Below, piece after piece: positions 1 to 6,545 of a stretch of 46,551 bases of DNA (position 1 is its first letter; the number at the start of each line of letters is the position of its first letter). A program made the translations under genes and the position numbers. This stretch comes from an uncultured Thermotogae bacterium. Its GTDB lineage: Bacteria; Bipolaricaulota; Bipolaricaulia; UBA7950; UBA9294. The stretch is taken from positions 1-46,551 of the forward strand of contig CAYHBG010000003.1 in assembly GCA_964354815.1 (NCBI GenBank). Reading direction: 5' to 3'. The notes below the pieces were generated by a model, which had not been told where the DNA came from, did not search any database, and worked only from the letters and a program-made list of their open reading frames with translations.

Positions 1-55
1 CCAAACGCCACCCTGATTTTTCAGTCCTCCGAATACTCCTTCAGATCCGGCAGCT
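1..55. repeat. Terminal direct repeat, left copy (55 bp, identical to 46497-46551); indicates a circularly closed contig
   Basis: Bases 1-55 (CCAAACGCCACCCTGATTTTTCAGTCCTCCGAATACTCCTTCAGATCCGGCAGCT) recur exactly as the last 55 bases. The repeat contains the stop codon and last ~10 codons of the minus-strand primase gene. Confidence 0.95.
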
Positions 56-2327
56 TGTGGCCGCCTACACTCGAACTTGTAGACTGAACACCGCCTAACA
101 CAAGTCCGACGAGCATACGCTTTCCTTTCGCCCCCTTCCGATTCGGGACACCCAGCCGGGCCAAAGCCTTCCCGAATTTCTGGGGATTGGGCACCGAAGG
201 GTTGCCCGCTCGAAGCCCCTGGGTCTCGTGTATCCACTCGATGAAGTGCTGGTAGGCCTCCGTCGAGCCCACCTCTCCGGGCCCCTTCCGAGCGCACTCA
301 CGGAACCAGTCGTCGACGGGGTTCATGGACGCCCAGTACTCTGCGGCGGCCTGCTGGACCGCAGGGCAGCTGCCCAGAGATCCGGCCGACTGGAAGGCCC
401 TGAGGCCCTCCAGAACCCACTCCATCACCACGAGCAGGCCGGCCTCGCTCGTGAACATCGACAGAAGGGCCGGGTTGACCGTGCGGGGCTTGTGGTCGGC
501 CGGAACCACGCGGAGCCTTCGCTCGATGCCCGAGTCGAGGAAGTCGGCCTCAGGCGCCACGTTGCCTGCCACCCACGCCGTGAACTGCGGGTTGAACTCG
601 AAGGGGTGACCGAACAGGTGACGACCCAGAAGGCGGTCTCCGCCCGTGAGGTCCTTCATTCGAGCGCCCAGCCGAGCTTTGTTTGGGATCTCACTGCACA
701 CGACAAACCGCACGCCGCGCAGCCGAGCGATGTCGGGAGTGGCGGCCGAGCCCGAAGCGGGTGAGTCGCCCGCGAAGGTCTCGAACGCGACCTTCGCGCC
801 ATACGAACCGAACACCGCGAGCAGCGTGTTGAGGAACGTGCTCTTGCCCGTGCCTCCCTGCCCGTACAGGAAAAGGATCACGTGCTCGATCAGAACGCCG
901 AGCGTGCTCACGCCCACGGCCCTGTGCACGAACGAGAGCACCTCGGGGTCGGGGAACGTGTCGACGAGGAACTCGGCCCACCTCTTCCGAAGCCAGTCGC
1001 TTGGCGTTGCGTAGTACGATCCCATCTGCCTCGTGATGTAGTCGGCCGGCTCCGCCTTCCGAGAGTGGTGCGAGTCAAGCTCCACCACGAACCGCACGTT
1101 GGCTCCGTCGTCCCCCATCAGCAGGAGGTTTGTGTCGGAGTCGAAAACCGAAACGTCCACCAGAACAGAAGGCTCGACCGCTAGCCTGGCCACGATCGCC
1201 TTCACGCGGGACGCCATCCGAAGCTGCCTGCTCATGGCCATCAGACGATCGCGCCGAGTCGCGTCTGCCACCTCCCGCGCCGCGTCGTCGAAAAGAACCT
1301 CGTGGAGCTGGCCCACGGACTGGTGCACCCAGTCCACCGCCACGTGCTCCCACATCCCCCGCGTGTATCGGAACCACTGCTTCGACGCGGGCTCGAACGC
1401 GAAGGAACGAGATGGGTCCATCAGGAAAAGGTCCACGAATCCCTGGTCCGTCCTGTCCTCCGTCAGCGGGTTCGCTCTTCCGAAACGGTCCCATCCCGAA
1501 GCCACGATGCGCTCGACCTCACCGCCCGCCGCAAGAGCGTCTGCCAGCCGCTCGGGCCTCCCGCGGTACACCACCTCCGCGAAAGCGCGCGTGCGCTCCA
1601 TCGCCTCTGCCCTGCTCGTGAGGTACCGGCACATTCGGTTCGCGAAGAAGCGAACGCGGTCGTGGCCGGGGATCTCGTCCACGTTCACGCGCGCTGCCGC
1701 CTCCGGCCTAACGTGCGCCCGAAGGAGGTCTTCGAGCTGCTGCGGCATGCTGGGAACGTCGGCTGGGTCCTGGGGCAGACCGCGCTCCCACACGTAGTGG
1801 ACCCCACTCTTGTGGCGTGACGGAGGAACGACCGCCTGCGCCTTGCCCGGCGTTCGGAGGTCCAGCGCGTATGCCACGTCGTCGTTCTGCCAAGCGATGC
1901 GCTTGGCCTTGAGCGCTAGGTCGGCCGGGAAACGAAGGTAGTAGTGCGCCGAGCTGTCGGTTCGCCGCATGACGGGCGTGTCTGCCGGGCATATTTCGTC
2001 GAGCCAGTCGACGGTCGCGCTCGTGTCGGCGTCGATCACCACCACGCCGGGAGGCGGCACGAGCCCGAGGTTTCCTCCCGCGTCGAGCTGAGCCTGCGCG
2101 GCCGCCATCAGCGTGTCGACCGAGCATCCCTTCCAGCGCTCGGCCGCCGTCGAGTTGAAGCCGGCCGAAAGGGGCCTCTTCCCCGGCGTCTGGCAGTCGA
2201 CCTGCGACCAGCTGCCGTCGGGCTGCCGTACGCCGTGCGTGTGCGGGGACACCCCGCAGAGGTCCACCAGACCAGCCACCCACGCGGGCGGTATGCAATC
2301 CTCAAGAATCCTGATATCGTTCGCCAC
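21..2327 (-). CDS. Bifunctional primase-polymerase / D5-P4-type primase-helicase
   Basis: ORF 21..2486. N-terminal prim-pol-like region (GLVPPPGVVVIDADT). Central D5_N-like region. C-terminal P-loop NTPase with Walker A LFLYGQGGTGKSTF, as in P4/D5 primase-helicases. Likely start is GTG at 2327, preceded by AGAGAGG 4 nt upstream; the alternative is the TTG at 2486 given by the track. Confidence 0.85.
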   Translation of the reverse strand: MANDIRILEDCIPPAWVAGLVDLCGVSPHTHGVRQPDGSWSQVDCQTPGKRPLSAGFNSTAAERWKGCSVDTLMAAAQAQLDAGGNLGLVPPPGVVVIDADTSATVDWLDEICPADTPVMRRTDSSAHYYLRFPADLALKAKRIAWQNDDVAYALDLRTPGKAQAVVPPSRHKSGVHYVWERGLPQDPADVPSMPQQLEDLLRAHVRPEAAARVNVDEIPGHDRVRFFANRMCRYLTSRAEAMERTRAFAEVVYRGRPERLADALAAGGEVERIVASGWDRFGRANPLTEDRTDQGFVDLFLMDPSRSFAFEPASKQWFRYTRGMWEHVAVDWVHQSVGQLHEVLFDDAAREVADATRRDRLMAMSRQLRMASRVKAIVARLAVEPSVLVDVSVFDSDTNLLLMGDDGANVRFVVELDSHHSRKAEPADYITRQMGSYYATPSDWLRKRWAEFLVDTFPDPEVLSFVHRAVGVSTLGVLIEHVILFLYGQGGTGKSTFLNTLLAVFGSYGAKVAFETFAGDSPASGSAATPDIARLRGVRFVVCSEIPNKARLGARMKDLTGGDRLLGRHLFGHPFEFNPQFTAWVAGNVAPEADFLDSGIERRLRVVPADHKPRTVNPALLSMFTSEAGLLVVMEWVLEGLRAFQSAGSLGSCPAVQQAAAEYWASMNPVDDWFRECARKGPGEVGSTEAYQHFIEWIHETQGLRAGNPSVPNPQKFGKALARLGVPNRKGAKGKRMLVGLVLGGVQSTSSSVGGHKLPDLKEYSED

Positions 2328-2517
2328 GTTACCTCTCTTTCCTCGGGGCCCGGTCCGCACGTTGCGGGCCGGGCCTCTGCCGTTTTGGGAGCCGCCACCG
2401 TAGCGCGCCTCAAGAAAGCGCAAGGAGCACCCGATGCGCCCCTTGCGGGGTTGTAGATGGCGTGTAGACTCCCGCTCGTTCGACAACCACTTCGGAGATC
2501 GCAGACGAAATAGACTC

Positions 2518-2575
2518 TCAATCGCGGGCCACGGCGTGCCAGTCCCGAACAGCGCCAGGATGAAGAATCAATCGC
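2518..2575. promoter_or_regulatory. Two direct TCAATCGC boxes (2518-2525, 2568-2575) in the primase-proximal part of the divergent control region
   Basis: The same octamer forms the 5' stem arm of the leader hairpins at 3417-3424 and 4710-4717. Read on the minus strand (GCGATTGA) the two boxes lie upstream of the primase start. Confidence 0.3.
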
Positions 2576-2786
2576 ACGGCATCTCCGAGAGCCGGGACCA
2601 CAAAGGGGTCGTGCGACAGGCGAAGGCCCACACCTCGACGCGCGACCCCGCACGACTCACCGCTGCTCACCGTTCACCGAACGGCGCACCACCGAGTCCG
2701 CGGATCTCCGAGCGACCAGCAGAGACCGGCCCAGCCTACGACATCCAACATCTACAGCGATCCAAGCCGGGGACGCCCGGCCAGGA

Positions 2787-2970
2787 TCGCAGAGATGGAA
2801 TCACGCACGCGCCGCTCGGAACTAGCAGGCACCGATCCCCCGCCGCCATACGGGGACCTCGACGATGCCGGGCCCGGAACGTCAAGCCGCGTGGACAAGC
2901 TGGACCGCCGCAGAGCCCAAGGGAGCGACCACGGTGGGGCGAAGGTCAGTGCGTGATTCCATCTCTGCGA
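2787..2970. repeat. Perfect 22-bp inverted repeat flanking a 140-bp spacer
   Basis: 2787-2808 TCGCAGAGATGGAATCACGCAC is the exact reverse complement of 2949-2970 GTGCGTGATTCCATCTCTGCGA. It lies in the non-coding region between the divergent primase and early genes. Confidence 0.9.
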
Positions 2971-2997
2971 CCCAACAACATTCCGCAGAGAAGGAGA
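2963..2997 (+). promoter_or_regulatory. Leader hairpin A plus Shine-Dalgarno of gene 3004
   Basis: CTCTGCG (2963-2969) / CGCAGAG (2984-2990) form a 7-bp stem around the CA-rich loop ACCCAACAACATTC. AAGGAGA follows directly at 2991-2997, then ATG at 3004. Same architecture as 3418-3455 and 4711-4745. Confidence 0.5.
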
Positions 2998-3003
2998 CAT
3001 AAC

Positions 3004-3339
3004 ATGAAGGGTAGATTTGCTTTCTTCGTCCGGCCTGACCAGATCCGGGTGCACAACCCCGAGCCGAGCGCGATCGACGACCAGTACTACTACCTCGACC
3101 GGTTCCGCGTCATCGCGGAAGACGAGATCGGGGACCGGGTGGTTCACGTCCACCTCTTCGAGAAGGAGGACGAGGCCGAGCGGTTCGCGGACAAGGTCGC
3201 GGTTGCTCACCGGAAGGGCCGGGCGCTGAGCGACGACCACTGGTATCCGATCGATCCCTGCTATGGCTCGAAGGCCTATCAGCGGGACGAGCCGTTCATC
3301 GCGGCCCGCGAACGACGAGAGGAACAGCAGGGCTGGTGA
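3004..3339 (+). CDS. Hypothetical early protein (111 aa)
   Basis: ATG at 3004, 6 nt after AAGGAGA. The 190 residues upstream in the same open frame (2434-3003) are R/P/G-rich junk. The sequence from MKGRFAFFVRPDQ onward is globular-looking. Confidence 0.7.
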   Translation: MKGRFAFFVRPDQIRVHNPEPSAIDDQYYYLDRFRVIAEDEIGDRVVHVHLFEKEDEAERFADKVAVAHRKGRALSDDHWYPIDPCYGSKAYQRDEPFIAARERREEQQGW

Positions 3340-3455
3340 GATTCAGACGGCCGGCAGGGGGTGCGTTAACGGGGACTTACACGCTGCAGCGTGCCCGTGA
3401 AACCCTGCCGGCCCACTCAATCGCACCCAACCTAACAACGCGATTGACTAGGAGA
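3340..3455 (+). promoter_or_regulatory. Two-hairpin leader module B (GATTCAGACG box, hairpin 1, hairpin 2, SD)
   Basis: GATTCAGACG at 3340-3349. Hairpin 1 is GGCCGGCAGGG 3349-3359 / CCCTGCCGGCC 3403-3413 (11 bp, 43-nt loop). Hairpin 2 is CAATCGC 3418-3424 / GCGATTG 3440-3446 with loop ACCCAACCTAACAAC. AGGAGA at 3450-3455, ATG at 3464. Confidence 0.55.
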
Positions 3456-3463
3456 ACAAGACC

Positions 3464-4528
3464 ATGGCAGCAGCATTCGACATCAAGACCGTGACCTACG
3501 CCGACCTCAAGAGCCGGCACGTGTTCCTCCGGGATCTGGACCCGGCCGACAAGGCGGCGGCCATCGCGAAGATCCCCAACAACGAGCGCCTGCGGCTCGC
3601 GAGCCGGAGCGCGTTCCCCGGCACCGACGTGAGCGGGCTCTCATGGGACGAGGCCGCTCGCAAGGGCGGCATCGACTTCACGGTGACGGAGGAGCCGGTC
3701 TACTACACGAACGAGAGCGGGCCGGTTCGGACCATCGTGCCGGGCTACAAGGCGCTCGTCAAAACCGACCGAAAGCCGATCAGCATCGTGTCGGACACCT
3801 ACGGCACGCTGCAGAACAGCGACGCGTTCGCGGGCTTCAAGGCCCTGTGCGACGCGGGCCACGCGGTGCCCGCGAGCGTGTGGTCGAAGGACGGCGGGCG
3901 CCAAGTTGGCGCGGCGGCCCTCATCGGCAACAGCGCCATCGCGGCGCGCATCGGCGGCGACAAGCCGGAGGTCTTCGCGCACTACATCGTGGCGCGCGGT
4001 GGCTTCACGGGGCAGGAGGCGCAGACCTTCGAGCGGTACTGCGCTCAGCTCATCTGCTTCAACGGTGCCGTCACCAACGCACGCGAGAGCCGCGTGTACC
4101 TGAAGCACTCCAGCCGCGTGACTCAGCGCGTGGGCGAGGCCAACGAGGCGCTCGTCAAGCTGATCAACGACGCGGTGGAGGAGCAGCGGCTCTTCGAGGA
4201 GCTTGCGCAGTCGAAGTTCGACCTGCGGCAGTTCCTCGACTTCGCGGACGAGCTGCTGGGCGGCATCGACCTGGAGAAGGCCTCCGATCGGTCGAAGACC
4301 ATCTACTCCAACAAGCTGGAGGAGCTGGGCTTCCTCTTCACCGAGGGCCAGGGCAATCATGGCCAGTCGAAGCTCGACGCCTACTCGGCCATCACCGAGT
4401 GGCTGACGCCGCGACGGGCGCAGTACGAGGACGCCGCGAAGTTCGCGGCCAAGTTCTACAACGACACGGCGGCGGGCGCTCGCCCGGCGCAGCTCCGGGA
4501 GCGGGCCGTTCGCCTGCTCACGAAGTAG
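3464..4528 (+). CDS. DUF932-like phage/plasmid protein (354 aa)
   Basis: The segment GIDFTVTEEPVYY...PGYKALVKTDRKPISIVSDTYGTLQNSDAFAGFKALCDAG...GGRQV follows the pattern I recall for DUF932 / TIGR03299 proteins. Strong SD AGGAGA. Confidence 0.6.
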   Translation: MAAAFDIKTVTYADLKSRHVFLRDLDPADKAAAIAKIPNNERLRLASRSAFPGTDVSGLSWDEAARKGGIDFTVTEEPVYYTNESGPVRTIVPGYKALVKTDRKPISIVSDTYGTLQNSDAFAGFKALCDAGHAVPASVWSKDGGRQVGAAALIGNSAIAARIGGDKPEVFAHYIVARGGFTGQEAQTFERYCAQLICFNGAVTNARESRVYLKHSSRVTQRVGEANEALVKLINDAVEEQRLFEELAQSKFDLRQFLDFADELLGGIDLEKASDRSKTIYSNKLEELGFLFTEGQGNHGQSKLDAYSAITEWLTPRRAQYEDAAKFAAKFYNDTAAGARPAQLRERAVRLLTK

Positions 4529-4537
4529 GAGGCCGAC

Positions 4538-4639
4538 ATGACCTACGAGGACAAGGTGTACCTGTTCTGCATCGTCATCCCGCTGGGCGGGCTGGCGTTT
4601 GCGCTGGCGGTCTTGGGCCTAACAGTCTTCGCGCGGTGA
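4538..4639 (+). CDS. Small single-pass membrane protein (33 aa)
   Basis: ATG at 4538, 6 nt after GGAGG. MTYEDKVYLFCIVIPLGGLAFALAVLGLTVFAR has one hydrophobic helix. Not in the ORF track because it is too short. Confidence 0.45.
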   Translation: MTYEDKVYLFCIVIPLGGLAFALAVLGLTVFAR

Positions 4640-4672
4640 TATGACGCGCGGGGAGATCGAATCATCGGATGT

Positions 4673-4745
4673 GATTCAGACGCCCGGCAGGATGTTCCTG
4701 CCGGGCCACTCAATCGCACCCCAACACACAGCGATTGGAAGGAGA
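4673..4745 (+). promoter_or_regulatory. Two-hairpin leader module C (GATTCAGACG box, hairpin 1, hairpin 2, SD)
   Basis: GATTCAGACG at 4673-4682. Hairpin 1 is GCCCGGCAGGA 4682-4692 / TCCTGCCGGGC 4696-4706 (11 bp, 3-nt loop). Hairpin 2 is CAATCGC 4711-4717 / GCGATTG 4731-4737 with loop ACCCCAACACACA. AAGGAGA at 4739-4745, ATG at 4751. Confidence 0.55.
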
Positions 4746-4750
4746 CGAGC

Positions 4751-4990
4751 ATGACACCGGAAGAGTGCGCCGACAGCGCGCACGCGTTCATCGCCGCGAG
4801 CGGCTCTCCGCTCAAGGCCATCAACAACCTGCGCGCTCTGCAGGCGCGCAAGGAGGAGCTGGGCATCGACGCGGAAGGGATCCGCGATCTCGACGAGCTG
4901 ATCCTGTTCACGCGCAACGTGCGCGAGGCGCAGATCGAGGCGGGCCAGATCTTCAAGCGGGCCCGCGCCGCCCGGAGGTACAAGGCATGA
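4751..4990 (+). CDS. Hypothetical early protein (79 aa)
   Basis: ORF-track ORF with a strong SD. Its stop overlaps the next start (ATGA). Confidence 0.7.
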   Translation: MTPEECADSAHAFIAASGSPLKAINNLRALQARKEELGIDAEGIRDLDELILFTRNVREAQIEAGQIFKRARAARRYKA

Positions 4991-5316
4991 GCGAGCGAGA
5001 CGAGAAGACGCTGCTGGCGGAGGTCGCCAGCAGGCTGTGGGACGTGATCGAGCTGATCCTCGAAGAGGAGCAGAAGATCAAGCCGCCCGCTCAGCGGGCG
5101 GACGGCAAGTCGCTGGCGACGGAGCCCGCGCGCAAGTACGTGTTCGCCAAGCGTCCGAACGCGACCCTCCGCCCCGGCGGCAAGTGCAAGAAACGAAAGC
5201 ACGAGCTGAGGGCCGAGGACATCGGGACGAACAGCGTGGGCAAACACTTCTGCAAGAAGTGCCGACGGATCGCCTACGCCCGCAAGAGGCGGGCGAAGAA
5301 GGGGGACATGTTTTGA
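4987..5316 (+). CDS. Hypothetical basic protein with Cys pairs (109 aa)
   Basis: ATG at 4987 overlaps the previous stop; GGAGG lies 9 nt upstream. The C-terminal part GGKCKKRKHEL...GKHFCKKCRRIAYARKRRAKKG is basic and zinc-ribbon-like. Confidence 0.6.
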   Translation: MSERDEKTLLAEVASRLWDVIELILEEEQKIKPPAQRADGKSLATEPARKYVFAKRPNATLRPGGKCKKRKHELRAEDIGTNSVGKHFCKKCRRIAYARKRRAKKGDMF

Positions 5317-5426
5317 GCGAGAAGGACGTGAAGCAGAAGCACCCGCCCGAGCGGGGCATCGACGAGTGGATCAAACTAGCACTGCGACAAAGGGAGAAGG
5401 ACCTTGAATTACATCAAAAACCTTGA
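5313..5426 (+). CDS. Small hypothetical protein (37 aa, TTG start)
   Basis: TTG at 5313, 6 nt after AGGGGGA. The first 20 codons all end in G/C, which is a strong coding signature in this genome. Overlaps neighbours at both ends. Confidence 0.45.
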   Translation: MSEKDVKQKHPPERGIDEWIKLALRQREKDLELHQKP

Positions 5427-5712
5427 GCTGGAGCTGAAGGCCGCGCAGGCCTTCGAGCAGGCGCTCTCGGCCGCGGTCATCGACTTCAAGTCGGTGCTTC
5501 GGTCGGCCAAGTTCGTCGGGGTTGACGAGCGCGGAGACCGCAAGGACTGGATCTCGGTCGGAGACGTGTGGAGGTGGCTCGAACGCATCGAGGAGTCGGC
5601 CTACCACGCGAAGTACGCGGAGATCGAGGCTGGCCGTGCGGACCTCCGCGAGGCGGCCGAGAAGAAGCTTGCCGCAGCCGCGGTCGGCGTGAAGGAAGGA
5701 GACCTCTTCTGA
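5404..5712 (+). CDS. Hypothetical early protein (102 aa, TTG start)
   Basis: ORF-track ORF. AGGGAGAAGGA lies 4-5 nt upstream of the TTG at 5404. Confidence 0.6.
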   Translation: MNYIKNLELELKAAQAFEQALSAAVIDFKSVLRSAKFVGVDERGDRKDWISVGDVWRWLERIEESAYHAKYAEIEAGRADLREAAEKKLAAAAVGVKEGDLF

Positions 5713-5903
5713 TGGGCAAACGAAGGAACAGGGACTGGCTCTCGATCATCACGAAGTTCGTGCAGTCGGGCCAGGAACAGCAGAGGATCAAGACGGGGTC
5801 CGAGTCCACCGCGCGGCAGACCGCTTGGAGGCTTCGGCCCCGCTTCAAGGGTTGGGTTCGCGTGGAGGCAGACCGCGGGTACGTGGTCTTGAGGAGGATC
5901 TGA
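5712..5903 (+). CDS. Hypothetical early protein (63 aa)
   Basis: ATG at 5712 overlaps the previous stop (TGATG). GAAGGAGA lies upstream. MGKRRNRDWLSIITKFVQSG... Confidence 0.5.
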   Translation: MGKRRNRDWLSIITKFVQSGQEQQRIKTGSESTARQTAWRLRPRFKGWVRVEADRGYVVLRRI

Positions 5904-5904
5904 C

Positions 5905-6150
5905 ATGACAGACATCACGCACGAGGAAGACATCGTCGCGATCAAGAAGCGCATCGCGGCCTACGAGGCCGCGAAGCAGGCGGAGAACGAGGCGCACGTG
6001 CGAGCCGTGGCCACGGTCGGCTCTCAGGTCGGGCGCCTGCGCTACGACGTGCACGAACGCTTCGGGCTTCTGAACTGGCTCGTCCTCACCCTCATCGTGA
6101 TCGAGGTGGCCAGCAAGGTGCTGGACCTGTACCTGCACGATGTCCTGTGA
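5905..6150 (+). CDS. Hypothetical protein with C-terminal transmembrane helix (81 aa)
   Basis: GAGGAGGA SD. The C-terminal segment LLNWLVLTLIVIEVASKVL is hydrophobic. Confidence 0.65.
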   Translation: MTDITHEEDIVAIKKRIAAYEAAKQAENEAHVRAVATVGSQVGRLRYDVHERFGLLNWLVLTLIVIEVASKVLDLYLHDVL

Positions 6151-6331
6151 GGGCCTGATCGATCGACTGCTGGACGCCTGCCAGGGCTGCACGCGGTACA
6201 TCCGCGAGGCCCTGGAAGAGGCGGGCGTCCAGTACGTCGAGGACTTTCCCGATTCCGACTTCCTCGTGCAGCGCGTTCGAGCGCTGCGCGAGGAGGACAC
6301 ACTCTACGACTGGAGGAACGATGACGACTGA
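6140..6331 (+). CDS. Hypothetical acidic protein (63 aa)
   Basis: ORF-track ORF with high third-position GC throughout. No clear SD; overlaps the previous gene by 11 nt. Confidence 0.5.
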   Translation: MSCEGLIDRLLDACQGCTRYIREALEEAGVQYVEDFPDSDFLVQRVRALREEDTLYDWRNDDD

Positions 6332-6545
6332 CATTCCGCGGGTGGGCTGCCGCGCGTGGAGCGAGAAGGTGTGGACGTTCGACTGCGACCACTGCGGGGT
6401 CCCTCACCTGCACGGAGCGGGGGCCGGCCACAGGGCGGCCCACTGCACGAGCCCGTCCAGCCCATACCAACAAACCGGCTACATCCTGTACCTAACGAAC
6501 GAGGAGCTGATCGGACATGACCAAACACGCGATCCACAACCCTAG
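6321..6545 (+). CDS. Hypothetical Cys/His-rich (zinc-binding-like) protein (74 aa)
   Basis: GGAGGA lies 4 nt upstream of the ATG. VGCRAWSEKVWTFDCDHCGVPHLHGAGAGHRAAHC contains a C-x13-C-x2-C ... H-x4-C arrangement. Confidence 0.55.
   Translation: MTTDIPRVGCRAWSEKVWTFDCDHCGVPHLHGAGAGHRAAHCTSPSSPYQQTGYILYLTNEELIGHDQTRDPQP

Noticed and set aside
1-55. The 55-bp repeat as genuine direct terminal repeats of a T7-like linear genome
   Set aside because: The repeat is very short, odd and k-mer-like in length, and lies inside the primase coding sequence. This cannot be excluded without read data (see the finding).
2434-3003. The upstream 190 codons of track ORF 2434..3339, which would make a 301-aa protein
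   Set aside because: The translation is R/P/G/S-rich junk with no SD. The strong SD and ATG sit at 2991-3006. The segment also contains the 22-bp inverted repeat and repeated heptamers typical of non-coding control DNA.
3366-3380. TTAACGGGGACTTAC as a CtrA-type box (TTAA-N7-TTAA) in the loop of module B
   Set aside because: It is a single degenerate occurrence (TTAC second half), with no second copy and no independent evidence for an alphaproteobacterial host.
4641-4754. A 37-aa ORF (MTRGEIESSDVIQTPGR...) spanning leader module C
   Set aside because: It has no SD. It runs straight through both hairpins and the SD of the next gene. The similar peptide in module B is just a consequence of nucleotide conservation and is interrupted by a stop.
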